Shown: positions 52,438 to 62,275, numbered from the stretch's first letter. The stretch: 64,000 nucleotides of DNA from an uncultured Gammaproteobacteria bacterium (GCA_964523375.1 CAZFYG010000006.1:7349-71348), one strand, 5' to 3'. Translations and numbers: made by a program. The notes: generated by a model not told the origin, from the letters alone.

Positions 52438-53394
52438 ATGTTTTTAATGCACCTTATAGGTTTGATATTTTCAATTGGAGTACTTGTTTGGGGTGCAGAT
52501 AAATTTGTTGATAATGCGGCATTAATTGCAAAAAAACTGGGCCTCAGTGAGCTTACAATTGGTTTAACTATTGTTGCATTGGGCACTTCAGCTCCAGAAA
52601 TATTTGTTGGAATCTCATCTGTTCTTAATAGAACAGAAGAAATAGCTCTTGGAACAGTAATAGGCTCTAATATATCTAATATTGCTCTTATTTTTGGAGT
52701 GTCATGCATTGGGTTGTCAGCAATTCCTAAAAGAACTCCTCCGATTCAATTTTTTGCGTTTTTACTATCTGCTCTCGTCTTAACCTTTGCGATGTTTGAC
52801 CTTCAAATCAGTATTTTTGAAAGTGTTAGTTTGCTTTTTGTATTCATTATTTTTACATATATTACTTTTAAATTTAGAAGTGATGACGATAACTCTCTAG
52901 AAGAGGTGGATAATGCAAATGATTTAAAAACATCTAATACATTAGGAATGCTAGTAATTGGTTTGATTGCATTAGTTCTAGGGTCAAAATATGCAGTTCT
53001 GCATGCTAGAGAAATTGCCATTATGTTAAGTGTTTCAGAACTTGTAATCGGTTTAACTATTGTTGCAATTGGCACTAGCCTTCCTGAGTTAGCAGCGACA
53101 ATCTCAGCAATTCTTAAAAAGAAAAATGATATGGTTGTTGGTAATGTTATTGGTTCAAATGTTTTAAATATAACTCTCGTTGTACCAATAATTGGATTTT
53201 TTTCAAATGTAACTTTGTCACAAAATATTTTATCAAGAGATATATTAACCATGATTGCAGCGACTATATTATTTATCGTCGTTGCTACAACGTACTCCTC
53301 AAAATTTTCTAGTGTAAAAGCAACAAAATTTATTGGGGTATTTTTTGTCTCAGGATACCTTCTTTATATTTTACTTGTGAGTAATATTATTTAG
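52438..53394 (+). CDS. Ca2+/Na+ antiporter, CaCA (YrbG) family
   Basis: 318 aa with two alpha-repeats, GLTIVALGTSAPE and GLTIVAIGTSLPE. The DNA of the two repeats is 25/27 identical (52561.. versus 53050..). Confidence 0.85.
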   Translation: MFLMHLIGLIFSIGVLVWGADKFVDNAALIAKKLGLSELTIGLTIVALGTSAPEIFVGISSVLNRTEEIALGTVIGSNISNIALIFGVSCIGLSAIPKRTPPIQFFAFLLSALVLTFAMFDLQISIFESVSLLFVFIIFTYITFKFRSDDDNSLEEVDNANDLKTSNTLGMLVIGLIALVLGSKYAVLHAREIAIMLSVSELVIGLTIVAIGTSLPELAATISAILKKKNDMVVGNVIGSNVLNITLVVPIIGFFSNVTLSQNILSRDILTMIAATILFIVVATTYSSKFSSVKATKFIGVFFVSGYLLYILLVSNII

Positions 53395-53802
53395 CTATCT
53401 GTATTTCTTTATCAAAACTACGCAGATTATGAAGCCAACAACTTCGAAAACAAAAAAGGAATTTAGAAAGCTAGGTGTTGATGGAAATAATGAAAAGATT
53501 ACCCTTCCAGCTGCTATGGAGCCAACAAGCATTGCCAAAAATCTTATTATAAATAGCGAGATATTTTTATTAAAAATGCCTATGAAGCACATTATGCCAA
53601 TAGATATATTAAGGCCCCCATACAATCCAGCAATCTCTGAATAGCCTATTTCTGAAGTTACTGTTAACCCAACAGCCTCTAAAAAAGATGGATATCCAAG
53701 CTCAAGTGCTCTAAGAATTGGATCTAATATCGCCCAAATACCTATTGATAGATAAGTAAATCCCATAAATAATAAAAATGCTCTTAATGACGAAACTAAC
53801 AT
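53395..53802 (-). CDS. small membrane protein (possibly DUF4345-like)
   Basis: 135 aa with four TM helices. It resembles the partial ORF at the window end. Confidence 0.4.
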   Translation of the reverse strand: MLVSSLRAFLLFMGFTYLSIGIWAILDPILRALELGYPSFLEAVGLTVTSEIGYSEIAGLYGGLNISIGIMCFIGIFNKNISLFIIRFLAMLVGSIAAGRVIFSLFPSTPSFLNSFFVFEVVGFIICVVLIKKYR

Positions 53803-53854
53803 ATATATTTACCTTAATATCTTTTACAATCTATTATCTACTTTACTACAACCA

Positions 53855-54352
53855 GTGATAAATAATATATATAAAATTCTTTGGGTTAATTTATTTTTGA
53901 TGCCAATTAATATGAGTGCAAATATTTTGTTAAATGATACAGATACGCTTTCGCTGCCTCTTCCTCTGCCTTATAACGGAGTAGAATATTCTCCTGAACA
54001 AGTGAATGGATTTATTGATGAAACCATAGAACAATCCAAGCAACCTATTCTTATATTTGGCGGTAATTGGTGTCCAGACTGCAGAATACTTGACGGCACA
54101 TTACAACTTCCTACTATTAAAAAATTTATGGAAGAGAAATATCAAATCATGCACATTGATATTGGAAGGTATGACAAAAATATGGACCTAATTAGCTACT
54201 TCGGAATACCTAAAGAAAAAGGTGTTCCTAGAGTCTTAGTTTTTGATAAAAATAAAATTATTCTCAATAAGGAATCAACAAAAGAGTGGACAACCGCAAG
54301 AGATAGAGGGAAGCAAGAGGTATTTGATTATTTTCAGGATCTTGCTGAGTAA
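53855..54352 (+). CDS. secreted thioredoxin-fold protein
   Basis: CxxC motif in GGNWCPDCRILD with a signal-like N-terminus. The ORF-track start is GTG. Confidence 0.55.
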   Translation: MINNIYKILWVNLFLMPINMSANILLNDTDTLSLPLPLPYNGVEYSPEQVNGFIDETIEQSKQPILIFGGNWCPDCRILDGTLQLPTIKKFMEEKYQIMHIDIGRYDKNMDLISYFGIPKEKGVPRVLVFDKNKIILNKESTKEWTTARDRGKQEVFDYFQDLAE

Positions 54353-54360
54353 AACTAAAT

Positions 54361-55134
54361 CTAATACTTGAAGTGCTTTATCTCTTCGCCTCTTTTTCCA
54401 ATATCAGTCATAGCCTTGATGCCAATTTCAAGATGGAGGTCTACCCATTTTTGTGTAACCTGCTTATCTGAGGTTTCCGTTTTTACTCCCTCTGGTGTTA
54501 AGGGCACATCTGAAACTAATAAAAGCGCCCCTCTTGCAATTTCATTGTAGTGACCAACGGAAAATACTGTGGCAGTTTCCATATCAACACCTATGGCAGT
54601 TGTTTTTTTAAGTCTTTCAAGAAAATCTTTATCATGCTCCCAGACTCTTCTATTTGTTGTGAATATAACACCTGTTCTATAGTCACTTTTTTCTTGGACT
54701 ATTATATCTGAAACAAACTTATGTAATTTGAATGAAGGTAATGCAGGAACTTCAGGTGGGAAGTAATCATTTGAGGTTCCATCCCCTCTAATTGCACCAA
54801 TAGGTAAAATAAAATTGCCTATTTCAGAGGAATCTTTTAGACCTCCGCATTTACCAAGAAATAAAACTCCTTTTGGGTTAACTGCAACTAAAAGATCCAT
54901 TATTGTTGCTGCATTTGGTGAGCCTATCCCATAATTAATTATGGTAAGCCCATCATTATTCGTAGAAGCCTGCATGGCTCTTCCTTCTCCATAAATCTCT
55001 ACAGAAAATCTTTCTGCAAACTTAGTGATGTAGTCTTTAAAATTAGTAATCAAAATATGATCACCAAATTTTTCAAGTGGCATTCCTGTATATCTTGGTA
55101 GCCAATTTTTTGCAATTTCTAATTTAGTATCCAT
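54361..55134 (-). CDS. PNP/UDP-family nucleosidase (short AMP-nucleosidase-like)
   Basis: 257 aa with INYGIGSPNAATIMDLL and GVDMETATVF blocks, typical of the nucleoside phosphorylase-I fold. Confidence 0.65.
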   Translation of the reverse strand: MDTKLEIAKNWLPRYTGMPLEKFGDHILITNFKDYITKFAERFSVEIYGEGRAMQASTNNDGLTIINYGIGSPNAATIMDLLVAVNPKGVLFLGKCGGLKDSSEIGNFILPIGAIRGDGTSNDYFPPEVPALPSFKLHKFVSDIIVQEKSDYRTGVIFTTNRRVWEHDKDFLERLKKTTAIGVDMETATVFSVGHYNEIARGALLLVSDVPLTPEGVKTETSDKQVTQKWVDLHLEIGIKAMTDIGKRGEEIKHFKY

Positions 55135-55178
55135 ATCTCATTATATTAGGGTTCTAATTTGTTTAGAAGCTAATGCGT

Positions 55179-56453
55179 CTAATTAAATTGTTTATCGGAG
55201 CTAGCAAAAAATAGATAAAACGTACCCCCAAAAACTAGAGCACCACAACAAATATTAAAAATTAAATCCCAAGAATTTGTACTTTCTAAAATTAATCCAG
55301 CGACAATAGGGCTTAAAATTGCAGCAATCATTCCAAGACCTCCAGAAATACCTACCAATGATCCAGTATATTTAGGCCCAAGATCTGCATGATTGACACC
55401 AAAACCTCCAGCTCCAATTCCGCTTGAAAGATTTGTTAGGCAAAGAAGTACAACTATATTGAAAATTGATTCTTGAAATGAAATTAAATATAGGCAGAGT
55501 GCTGCTCCATAAAAACCAAAACTATTTGCCGTTTTTCTAACAATAATGGTTTTTACGCCTCTTTTAATTAATATGTCTGCAATATAGCCTCCTGTAACCA
55601 AAGATATTACAGATACTATGCTTGGTAACAGAATGATGGCTATGAATAAATTTGATCCAAGGTCTATACCAAGACCACCAATAGAAACTGGGCTATTAAT
55701 AAACTTTGGAAGATAGGAAAGAAAAGTAAATAGCGCCCAGTTATTACAAAATGTAGCAATGACTATAGCTATAAATGGGCCATTGCATATAAGCTTTGAT
55801 AGAGGAATTTTATCTGCAGTAGATTTTGCTGGGGCCTCTTTCTGGATTAGGTCTAACTCAGATTTTAAAATTTTTGGGTGATCTTCTGGTTTAGATGTAA
55901 TGGATCTGTGCCAAAAGTAAACCCAGACAATTCCAAACATACCAAATACATAAAAAACAAGCTCCCATGAATATTCTCTAATGATCAGCGCTGTTGCTAA
56001 ATAACCAAAAACTGTACCAGCAGAAATCCCACTATTTGTTGTTGCAATAGCTCTTGTTCTTTCATTGAATGGGATCCATCTAGCGTAAAGTGCATGCCAT
56101 GAGGGAAATGTAATGCCCTCTCCAAGCCCCATAAGAATTCTTATAAAGATTAATAACCAAAACCCACTATATGCGAATGCTGGGGTGAGGATAGTGAAAA
56201 TTGACCAAAAAAATACGCCATAGGCTAAAACAATTTTGCCTCCATACTTGTCAGCTAGTAAACCCCCAAGCGCCATCGTGAACATATACCCAAAATAAAA
56301 TGAGCCAAGTATTAAACCGACTTGAGACTCGGTCCAACCAAACTGTTCTTGCATTGGAATAATAGCAACAGAGATATTCACTCTGTCTATGTAACAAATA
56401 AATACTGCCAAAAAAGACATAGCAACCAATTTGTATCTCTCAGGTACTAACAT
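55179..56453 (-). CDS. MFS transporter (anion:cation symporter-like)
   Basis: 424 aa with 12 TM helices and the loop motif GGLLADKYGGK. Confidence 0.8.
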   Translation of the reverse strand: MLVPERYKLVAMSFLAVFICYIDRVNISVAIIPMQEQFGWTESQVGLILGSFYFGYMFTMALGGLLADKYGGKIVLAYGVFFWSIFTILTPAFAYSGFWLLIFIRILMGLGEGITFPSWHALYARWIPFNERTRAIATTNSGISAGTVFGYLATALIIREYSWELVFYVFGMFGIVWVYFWHRSITSKPEDHPKILKSELDLIQKEAPAKSTADKIPLSKLICNGPFIAIVIATFCNNWALFTFLSYLPKFINSPVSIGGLGIDLGSNLFIAIILLPSIVSVISLVTGGYIADILIKRGVKTIIVRKTANSFGFYGAALCLYLISFQESIFNIVVLLCLTNLSSGIGAGGFGVNHADLGPKYTGSLVGISGGLGMIAAILSPIVAGLILESTNSWDLIFNICCGALVFGGTFYLFFASSDKQFN

Positions 56454-56480
56454 AAGTTAAATAATATTAACTTATAAAAG

Positions 56481-57764
56481 TTACTTTTGCTTCTTGAGTC
56501 TTTTTTTGAGGTTTTTTAAATTTAAATTTCCTGGTGAACCAGGTGATGAATTAATTAATTTACCAGAAATTTCTTGGCCATCTTTCTTAGAGGTTTTAAT
56601 TTTATTATAAGCATCTCTAAAAGCCATTCCCTTAGATACTAATTCATAAACTCTATCAGTCATTTTCATATCATCATCTATGAACTTTATAGACTGCTCT
56701 TTATTAACTTGAATACTATATATTAAATCAGGCAAAATGCTCAATGTTGTAAGAGCTGTATTGAAGCCTCTAACGAGACCTCTTTTAGTAAGCTGTAAAT
56801 CTCTATGATAACCACTTGGTAGAGATATTAAGTTTTCTAATTCTGATGCATATCCAGCAATAATAGAATAATTTGCTCTCATAATTTCAATAACATCAGG
56901 ATTGTGCTTGTTAGGCATTATTGATGAGCCTGTTGAATACCTTTTATCAATTGAAAGAAGGTTAAATTCTTGCGATAAGAACAAGCTCATATCCCAAGAA
57001 AACTTCCTGATATCCATCATAGGCTGTTTAATTGTACTCAAAATTTGTGTTTCGTATTTGCCCCTACTATTTTGAACATACATACTATTTAGCTGCAATC
57101 TATTAAAACCTAAATCTTTTTTGGTAGATTCTCTATCAAGAGGGAGATTTACACCGTAACCTGCAGCTGTTCCAAGAGGATTCGAGTCAATCCAATCATA
57201 TGTGGCCTTTATAAGATCATAATTATCGATAAATGATTCAGCATAAGCAGAAAACCAAAGGCCCCACGAGGAAGGCATAGCTCTTTGAAGATGAGTATAT
57301 CCAGGCATTGGATCGTTCTCATATTTAATAGCCATATCTAGAAAAGCAGAGGCAATATCTTTATTCAAGCCATTAAGTTCTTTTAATTTTTCTTTAGCAA
57401 ATAATCTCATAGCTACAGCAACTTGATCATTTCTGCTCCTACCAGTATGTACTTTTTTACCCAAATCGCCATGGACCTCAGTAAGATAAAACTCTATTGC
57501 TGAATGGCAGTCTTCATATTCTTCTGAAAGCTTGAATTTATCTGCAAGATATTCCTTTTTTAGCTTTCTTAATGATCTTAATAATTTAGACAATTCACTT
57601 TTCTTTAATACGCCAATGTTATGAAGAGCAGTTATGTGAGCTGATGTTGCATCGATATCATATGGCAATAAAAACTTATCGAGCTCAATATCCTCTGAAG
57701 ATAAAAACAAACTAATTTCAGAAGAAGAGTCTTCTTGGTTAGCATTCCATATTTTTTTAGCCAT
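56481..57764 (-). CDS. argH: argininosuccinate lyase
   Basis: HTGRSRNDQV and GSSIMPNKHNPDV signature blocks. It overlaps argC by 8 nt. Confidence 0.92.
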   Translation of the reverse strand: MAKKIWNANQEDSSSEISLFLSSEDIELDKFLLPYDIDATSAHITALHNIGVLKKSELSKLLRSLRKLKKEYLADKFKLSEEYEDCHSAIEFYLTEVHGDLGKKVHTGRSRNDQVAVAMRLFAKEKLKELNGLNKDIASAFLDMAIKYENDPMPGYTHLQRAMPSSWGLWFSAYAESFIDNYDLIKATYDWIDSNPLGTAAGYGVNLPLDRESTKKDLGFNRLQLNSMYVQNSRGKYETQILSTIKQPMMDIRKFSWDMSLFLSQEFNLLSIDKRYSTGSSIMPNKHNPDVIEIMRANYSIIAGYASELENLISLPSGYHRDLQLTKRGLVRGFNTALTTLSILPDLIYSIQVNKEQSIKFIDDDMKMTDRVYELVSKGMAFRDAYNKIKTSKKDGQEISGKLINSSPGSPGNLNLKNLKKRLKKQK

Positions 57765-58698
57765 GTTTAATCCCTGTTAAATTATCTAAGTTGCAAGAAA
57801 TATTTAAGTTCTGAATTGCTTGAGTTGCCGCACCTTTAAGAAGATTATCAATGACACAACATACAACTATATTTTTTTTTGATAAATCTATTGAAAAGCC
57901 TCCAATAATTGCATTATGAGTATTTGCAACGTTATTGATCATAGGTTCATTGTTTATAATAGTAATAAGCTTTTTATCTTTATAAAAAATTTTATATAGA
58001 TTTATTAATGAATCAAGATCTACTTCATCTGATAGCTCTACATGTGATGTGATAAGAATGCCTCTAAAAAAATTAGCAACGTGAGGGCTAAAAAATATAT
58101 CTTTATAGCTATGAGCCCTAACCTCTCTTTCATGAATGTGATCTGCTAGTTTGTAAGGAATAATATTGTCTGAAAGGTTTTTAGGGTCATTTTTATCATT
58201 TGGAGAAGATCCAGCTCCGCTATAGCCTGAAATACCAATAGAAACTAATTTATTTTTAATAAGATTAGTAATGGGAGCCACGGATAATTGAATAGCGGTT
58301 GCATAACAGCCAGGATTGGATATGTTTGGATTTGGGCTACCATTATGTATTTCTGGAATCCTATAAACCCACTCATCATCAAACCTGTGATCAGAGCTTA
58401 AATCTATAATAATAATTGACTGTGAAACCTTTCTAATTACCTCGACATATTTAAAAGACTGTTCGTTTGGAAGAGCCAGAATTACAATATCTATATTATT
58501 TAGATTAATATCTTCTATTGTGAGTAGTGAGTATTTTAGGTCTTTATTTTTAGTATATTTTAAAACTCTTTCTCCAGCAGAGCTTGAAGAATAAGCTCGA
58601 TTTAGAGAAAAATTAGGGTGTATATTAATTAATTGAATGATTTCTTGACCTACATAGCCCCTCCCACCAAAGAGCGCTATATTAAAATTCTTAATCAT
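57757..58698 (-). CDS. argC: N-acetyl-gamma-glutamyl-phosphate reductase (short, type-2 form)
   Basis: GGRGYVG NAD-binding site and active-site NPGCYAT. The start is set at ATG 58698 (MIKNFNIALFG), overlapping the upstream stop by 8 nt (ATGATTAA). Confidence 0.9.
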   Translation of the reverse strand: MIKNFNIALFGGRGYVGQEIIQLINIHPNFSLNRAYSSSSAGERVLKYTKNKDLKYSLLTIEDINLNNIDIVILALPNEQSFKYVEVIRKVSQSIIIIDLSSDHRFDDEWVYRIPEIHNGSPNPNISNPGCYATAIQLSVAPITNLIKNKLVSIGISGYSGAGSSPNDKNDPKNLSDNIIPYKLADHIHEREVRAHSYKDIFFSPHVANFFRGILITSHVELSDEVDLDSLINLYKIFYKDKKLITIINNEPMINNVANTHNAIIGGFSIDLSKKNIVVCCVIDNLLKGAATQAIQNLNISCNLDNLTGIKHG

Positions 58699-59998
58699 AG
58701 ATAATTGTCCTTGGCTGCTTTGATGCAAACTGTATACAAGACACTAATTCATTTAAATCATCAATTCCTATCCAAAAAATATGCCATTTATCTATTTTTT
58801 GAAACCCATCAGCAACATCTTTATAAAATTTATTAATAGAATTAGTTGATGCAGATCTCCAAAATATTTTTCTATTTTCTTTTATCATCTTCTTCCACAT
58901 CGCATTACCAAGACCCTCTCCTTTTGCAGAGGGGATGACTGAGAACTTATCCATGTAAGTAACAGAATGGTCATTTGATAGAACAATTGCAGATCTTTCA
59001 CATTCACTAATTAGGTAGCTTTTTCTACCAGTATTGAAATAATTTGGCGCAAGTTTGCCATTGAAGGATGACTCTAAAATGCTTTTTAAGAATTTGGTTT
59101 GATTTTCATCAATACAATCATATCTAGAGATGTTGTGACCAGCTTTAACCAGTGTGCCTGATCCTGCATCAGTGAATAACTCCTTACTTAAATGAAGTGA
59201 GGTGGTAATAGATACAGAGCTTTTGGATGGAAGGACATCGGTTAGTAATTTTATTTGTTGAAGCTTTAGTTTCATGCCTGAGTGCAACCAACTTTCACTC
59301 ATTAATTGTTCATAATCATCATTAATATTTATATTCGTAATGAGTTGGTTGTTTTCATTAAATATACCTCCAACCTCAGATAGAAAGACAACCTTATCAG
59401 GCATAATTTCTTTAGCTAAAGCTAAAGTTGCCATATCTGCATTTATATTGACATCTTGAGTTGATTTGGTCTTGCCTAATGGTGATATAACAGGAACAAT
59501 ACCTTTGCTTATCGCCTTTGTAATCATTGCTGTTTTAACTCCTACTACATCTCCAACATAACCCAATTCAGGATTATTTATCTCACAATTAAAAATATCA
59601 TTTACCAAAGAAACTGCATTAATATTATTTTCATTTAATAAATTAACTAAGTTAGTATTTTCTTCGGCAAAGACCTTTAAGGCTGTTTGTAGAACCTTTT
59701 CAGAACTAACTCTCTGGCCATCAATAAAAGAAAAATCAATTTTTTCTTTCTCAAGTCTTTCGCTTAGCATTGGTCCTGCACCATGAACAATAATAGGAAT
59801 AAGACCCACTTCGTTTAGAAACCCAATTGATGAGATTAAATTATCTATATCATTTTTAAGTATCGCTCCGCCCACTTTGATAAGCGCAAACCTGTAATCA
59901 TCTGATGAAAATCTCTCTATATATTTTCTAATTTCTTTTTCGCTACTCATCCCACTAAGTAGCTTTATAAAAGTATTTTTTGTGTAAGTTTTATTCAT
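58691..59998 (-). CDS. argA/B: bifunctional N-acetylglutamate synthase/kinase type protein (AAK domain plus vertebrate-like NAT domain)
   Basis: 435 aa. The N-terminal amino-acid kinase fold has ALIKVGGAIL and VHGAGP. The C-terminal roughly 150 aa carry MDKFSV..AKGEGLG and FWRSASTNSINKFY...WHIFWIG, resembling the NAGS acetyltransferase domain. Confidence 0.8.
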   Translation of the reverse strand: MNKTYTKNTFIKLLSGMSSEKEIRKYIERFSSDDYRFALIKVGGAILKNDIDNLISSIGFLNEVGLIPIIVHGAGPMLSERLEKEKIDFSFIDGQRVSSEKVLQTALKVFAEENTNLVNLLNENNINAVSLVNDIFNCEINNPELGYVGDVVGVKTAMITKAISKGIVPVISPLGKTKSTQDVNINADMATLALAKEIMPDKVVFLSEVGGIFNENNQLITNININDDYEQLMSESWLHSGMKLKLQQIKLLTDVLPSKSSVSITTSLHLSKELFTDAGSGTLVKAGHNISRYDCIDENQTKFLKSILESSFNGKLAPNYFNTGRKSYLISECERSAIVLSNDHSVTYMDKFSVIPSAKGEGLGNAMWKKMIKENRKIFWRSASTNSINKFYKDVADGFQKIDKWHIFWIGIDDLNELVSCIQFASKQPRTIIYD

Positions 59999-60001
59999 GA
60001 C

Positions 60002-61192
60002 TTATTTTTTGTTTACTTCTGCCCATGTTGCGGTGCTTTGTCCAAGCAGTTTTATAAATCCAGTTGATTCATCTGAGCTCCATGATGCAGATTGAGCATA
60101 TACAGCATCTTTTTTTACAAGCTTCTTCTTAGCATCAACCCCAACCGCATCTGCTCTTCCAGCAGTTAAATTAATCTCAACTGTTCCAGTGACAGAAGAT
60201 TGAATATCCTCAAGAAAATTTTCCAGATTTTTGGTTAATGGATCAAAGTAAAAACCGCTATAGACTAATTCAATCCATCTTTTTCCAATACTTGGTTTAA
60301 AGTGGTTCTGTTTATCTGTAAAAACGATCTCCTCAAGCGCTTTATGGGCTTTTTGAAGAATAGTTATACCTGGAGCTTCAAACAAAATTCGACCTTTAAT
60401 ACCTATGATCGTATCACCAGTAAAGATTTCTCTCCCCACACCATAACTTCCACCCAATGAATTTAAGTGCCTTAATAAATCTGGTCCATTTAAAGGCTTA
60501 CCATTAATTTTTTTCGCTTCTCCCTTAATAAAATCAATTGTTATTTTTTTGTCTTTTTTTGGATATTGGCTAGGCTTTTTGCACAAAATGTAGCTTTGGT
60601 CAGATGGTTGATTCCATTCATCTATCTCCGAGCCTGAAACGGTAGCACCCATAATATTTTCGTTAATACTATATTTTGAACTTAAAGATGATACTTTATA
60701 GCCTCTTTTGATAAGATATTCTTTCTCATACTCTCTAACATCTTTGGTAGTATTTTGGATTTCTCTAATTGGAGTGATGGTTTTAAAATTCCCAAGGGCT
60801 TGTATAGATAAATCAAACCTTACCTGATCATTACCCATTCCAGTGCAACCATGTGCAATATTCTTTGTCTTTAATTTTTTACATAATGCGACTGTTTCTT
60901 TTACTATCAAGTATCTGTCAGAGCAAAGTGCTGGATACCTGTCCTGATATAAAGATCCAGACCAAATTAAGGGTTTAATAATTTCCTTCCACAAAGGTTT
61001 GTCAATATTTTTATTAACATGCTTAATTGCACCAAGTTCAATTGCTCTTTTTGTTATTTTTTTTTGTTCTTCTAATGAGGTTCCACCAGTATTAATAAAA
61101 ATGGTATGGACCTCAAAGCCTTGTTCGACTAGATAGGGAACACAGAAACTAGTATCTAATCCACCTGAAAACGCTAAAACGATTTTTTTCAT
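60002..61192 (-). CDS. argG: argininosuccinate synthase
   Basis: AFSGGLDTS and GCTGMGNDQVRF blocks, 396 aa. Confidence 0.95.
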   Translation of the reverse strand: MKKIVLAFSGGLDTSFCVPYLVEQGFEVHTIFINTGGTSLEEQKKITKRAIELGAIKHVNKNIDKPLWKEIIKPLIWSGSLYQDRYPALCSDRYLIVKETVALCKKLKTKNIAHGCTGMGNDQVRFDLSIQALGNFKTITPIREIQNTTKDVREYEKEYLIKRGYKVSSLSSKYSINENIMGATVSGSEIDEWNQPSDQSYILCKKPSQYPKKDKKITIDFIKGEAKKINGKPLNGPDLLRHLNSLGGSYGVGREIFTGDTIIGIKGRILFEAPGITILQKAHKALEEIVFTDKQNHFKPSIGKRWIELVYSGFYFDPLTKNLENFLEDIQSSVTGTVEINLTAGRADAVGVDAKKKLVKKDAVYAQSASWSSDESTGFIKLLGQSTATWAEVNKK

Positions 61193-62193
61193 TTCTCTTC
61201 CTCTAATAATTTTGTTAGTAGTGATTTTTGAACATGCATTCTATTGTCTGCTTCCTGAATAGCCACACAATAATTAGAATCCATAACCCCGTCAGTGGCT
61301 TTTATATTTCGTCTTAAAGGCAAACAATGGCTGAACTTCGCATTATTTGTTAATGCCATTTTTTCTTCGTTAACAATAAAATGCTTGTATTTATCTCTTA
61401 TTAGCTTTTCTTCGCTAGGATTTCCATAATAATTGAGAGAGCCCCAGCTTTTTGCATAGACAATGTCAGCATTTTTATAACCATGCTCAATATCATTTGT
61501 TACCTCAAACGACCTTCCATTTAGTTCACAATTTTTCTTTGCTGTATTCATATAGCTGTCGTGCAAAAGATAATCATTTGTTGGACATAGTAGTTTTACA
61601 TTCATTCCAAATTTACTAGCAATTAATATTGATGAATTTGCAACTGCTGTATTTAATGGTTTAGGGTGATAGGTCCATGTAAGAAGGTAGTCTTTTCCAG
61701 AAAGGTCTCCTAATTGTTCTTGCATAGTTAAGATATGGGCTAATTCTTGGCATGGGTGCGTTATTGTTTCCATATTTACAACTGGGACAGAGGCATATTT
61801 AGCAAAGCTTTTAATAACGTTATCAGACAAGTCTTCTTCTAAATTTTTAAATTTAGGAAAAGATCTTATGGCTATAAGATCACAATATGAAGACAGCACT
61901 TTTGCAACTTCTATAATATGCTCTTCGGCCTCCCCATCCATAACCTCGTTTAACTTAAACTCAATTGGCCAAGCATCTTTGCCAGGATGGAGAACAACTG
62001 CAAGCCCTCCCATCTCTTGTATACCAAGCTCAAAACTTGTTCTTGTTCTCATAGATGGGTTGAAGAAAAGCAATGCTATAGATTTATTTTTTAAATTATT
62101 TTGGAATTTATTAGTTTTTAGATCTTTTGCATAATCTAAAATTTCTTGCAAGTCTGATTTTGACCAGTCATGTGTAGAAATAAAATTTTTCAT
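61189..62193 (-). CDS. argF': N-acetylornithine carbamoyltransferase-type transcarbamylase
   Basis: FFNPSMRTRTSFE, GKDAWPIEF, NMETITHPCQELAH, TWTYHPKPLNTAVANS and FSHCLPLRRN closely match my recollection of the Xanthomonas acetylornithine transcarbamylase, not classical ArgF/ArgI (which has HPTQ and HCLP with an SMG loop). Confidence 0.85.
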   Translation of the reverse strand: MKNFISTHDWSKSDLQEILDYAKDLKTNKFQNNLKNKSIALLFFNPSMRTRTSFELGIQEMGGLAVVLHPGKDAWPIEFKLNEVMDGEAEEHIIEVAKVLSSYCDLIAIRSFPKFKNLEEDLSDNVIKSFAKYASVPVVNMETITHPCQELAHILTMQEQLGDLSGKDYLLTWTYHPKPLNTAVANSSILIASKFGMNVKLLCPTNDYLLHDSYMNTAKKNCELNGRSFEVTNDIEHGYKNADIVYAKSWGSLNYYGNPSEEKLIRDKYKHFIVNEEKMALTNNAKFSHCLPLRRNIKATDGVMDSNYCVAIQEADNRMHVQKSLLTKLLEEEK

Positions 62194-62211
62194 AATTGCC
62201 TTTATTTAAAT

Positions 62212-62239
62212 AAAAAAAAACCCAGCAAAGGCTGGGTCT
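62212..62239 (-). terminator. intrinsic terminator (segments 3:4 of the proposed arg attenuator)
   Basis: On the minus strand: AGACCCAGC-CUUU-GCUGGGU(UU) followed by a U9 tract. It ends 18 nt before the argF' ATG. Confidence 0.75.
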
Positions 62240-62275
62240 AATTCACAATAGAAGAGACCCAGCTATATTGCCGGA
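62231..62275 (-). promoter_or_regulatory. alternative antiterminator (2:3) and anti-antiterminator (1:2) helices of the proposed arg leader
   Basis: Seg2 GCUGGGUCU (62263-62255) is perfectly complementary (9 bp) to seg3 AGACCCAGC (62239-62231). Seg1 UCCGGC (62275-62270) can pair with the 5' part of seg2. Confidence 0.5.

Noticed and set aside
62240-62254. ARG-box (ArgR operator) half-site-like TGTGAATT in the arg leader.
   Set aside because: Only one TGAAT half is present. There is no 18-bp palindrome or tandem boxes, and it sits in the loop of the proposed antiterminator. I found no support for ArgR control in this spacer.
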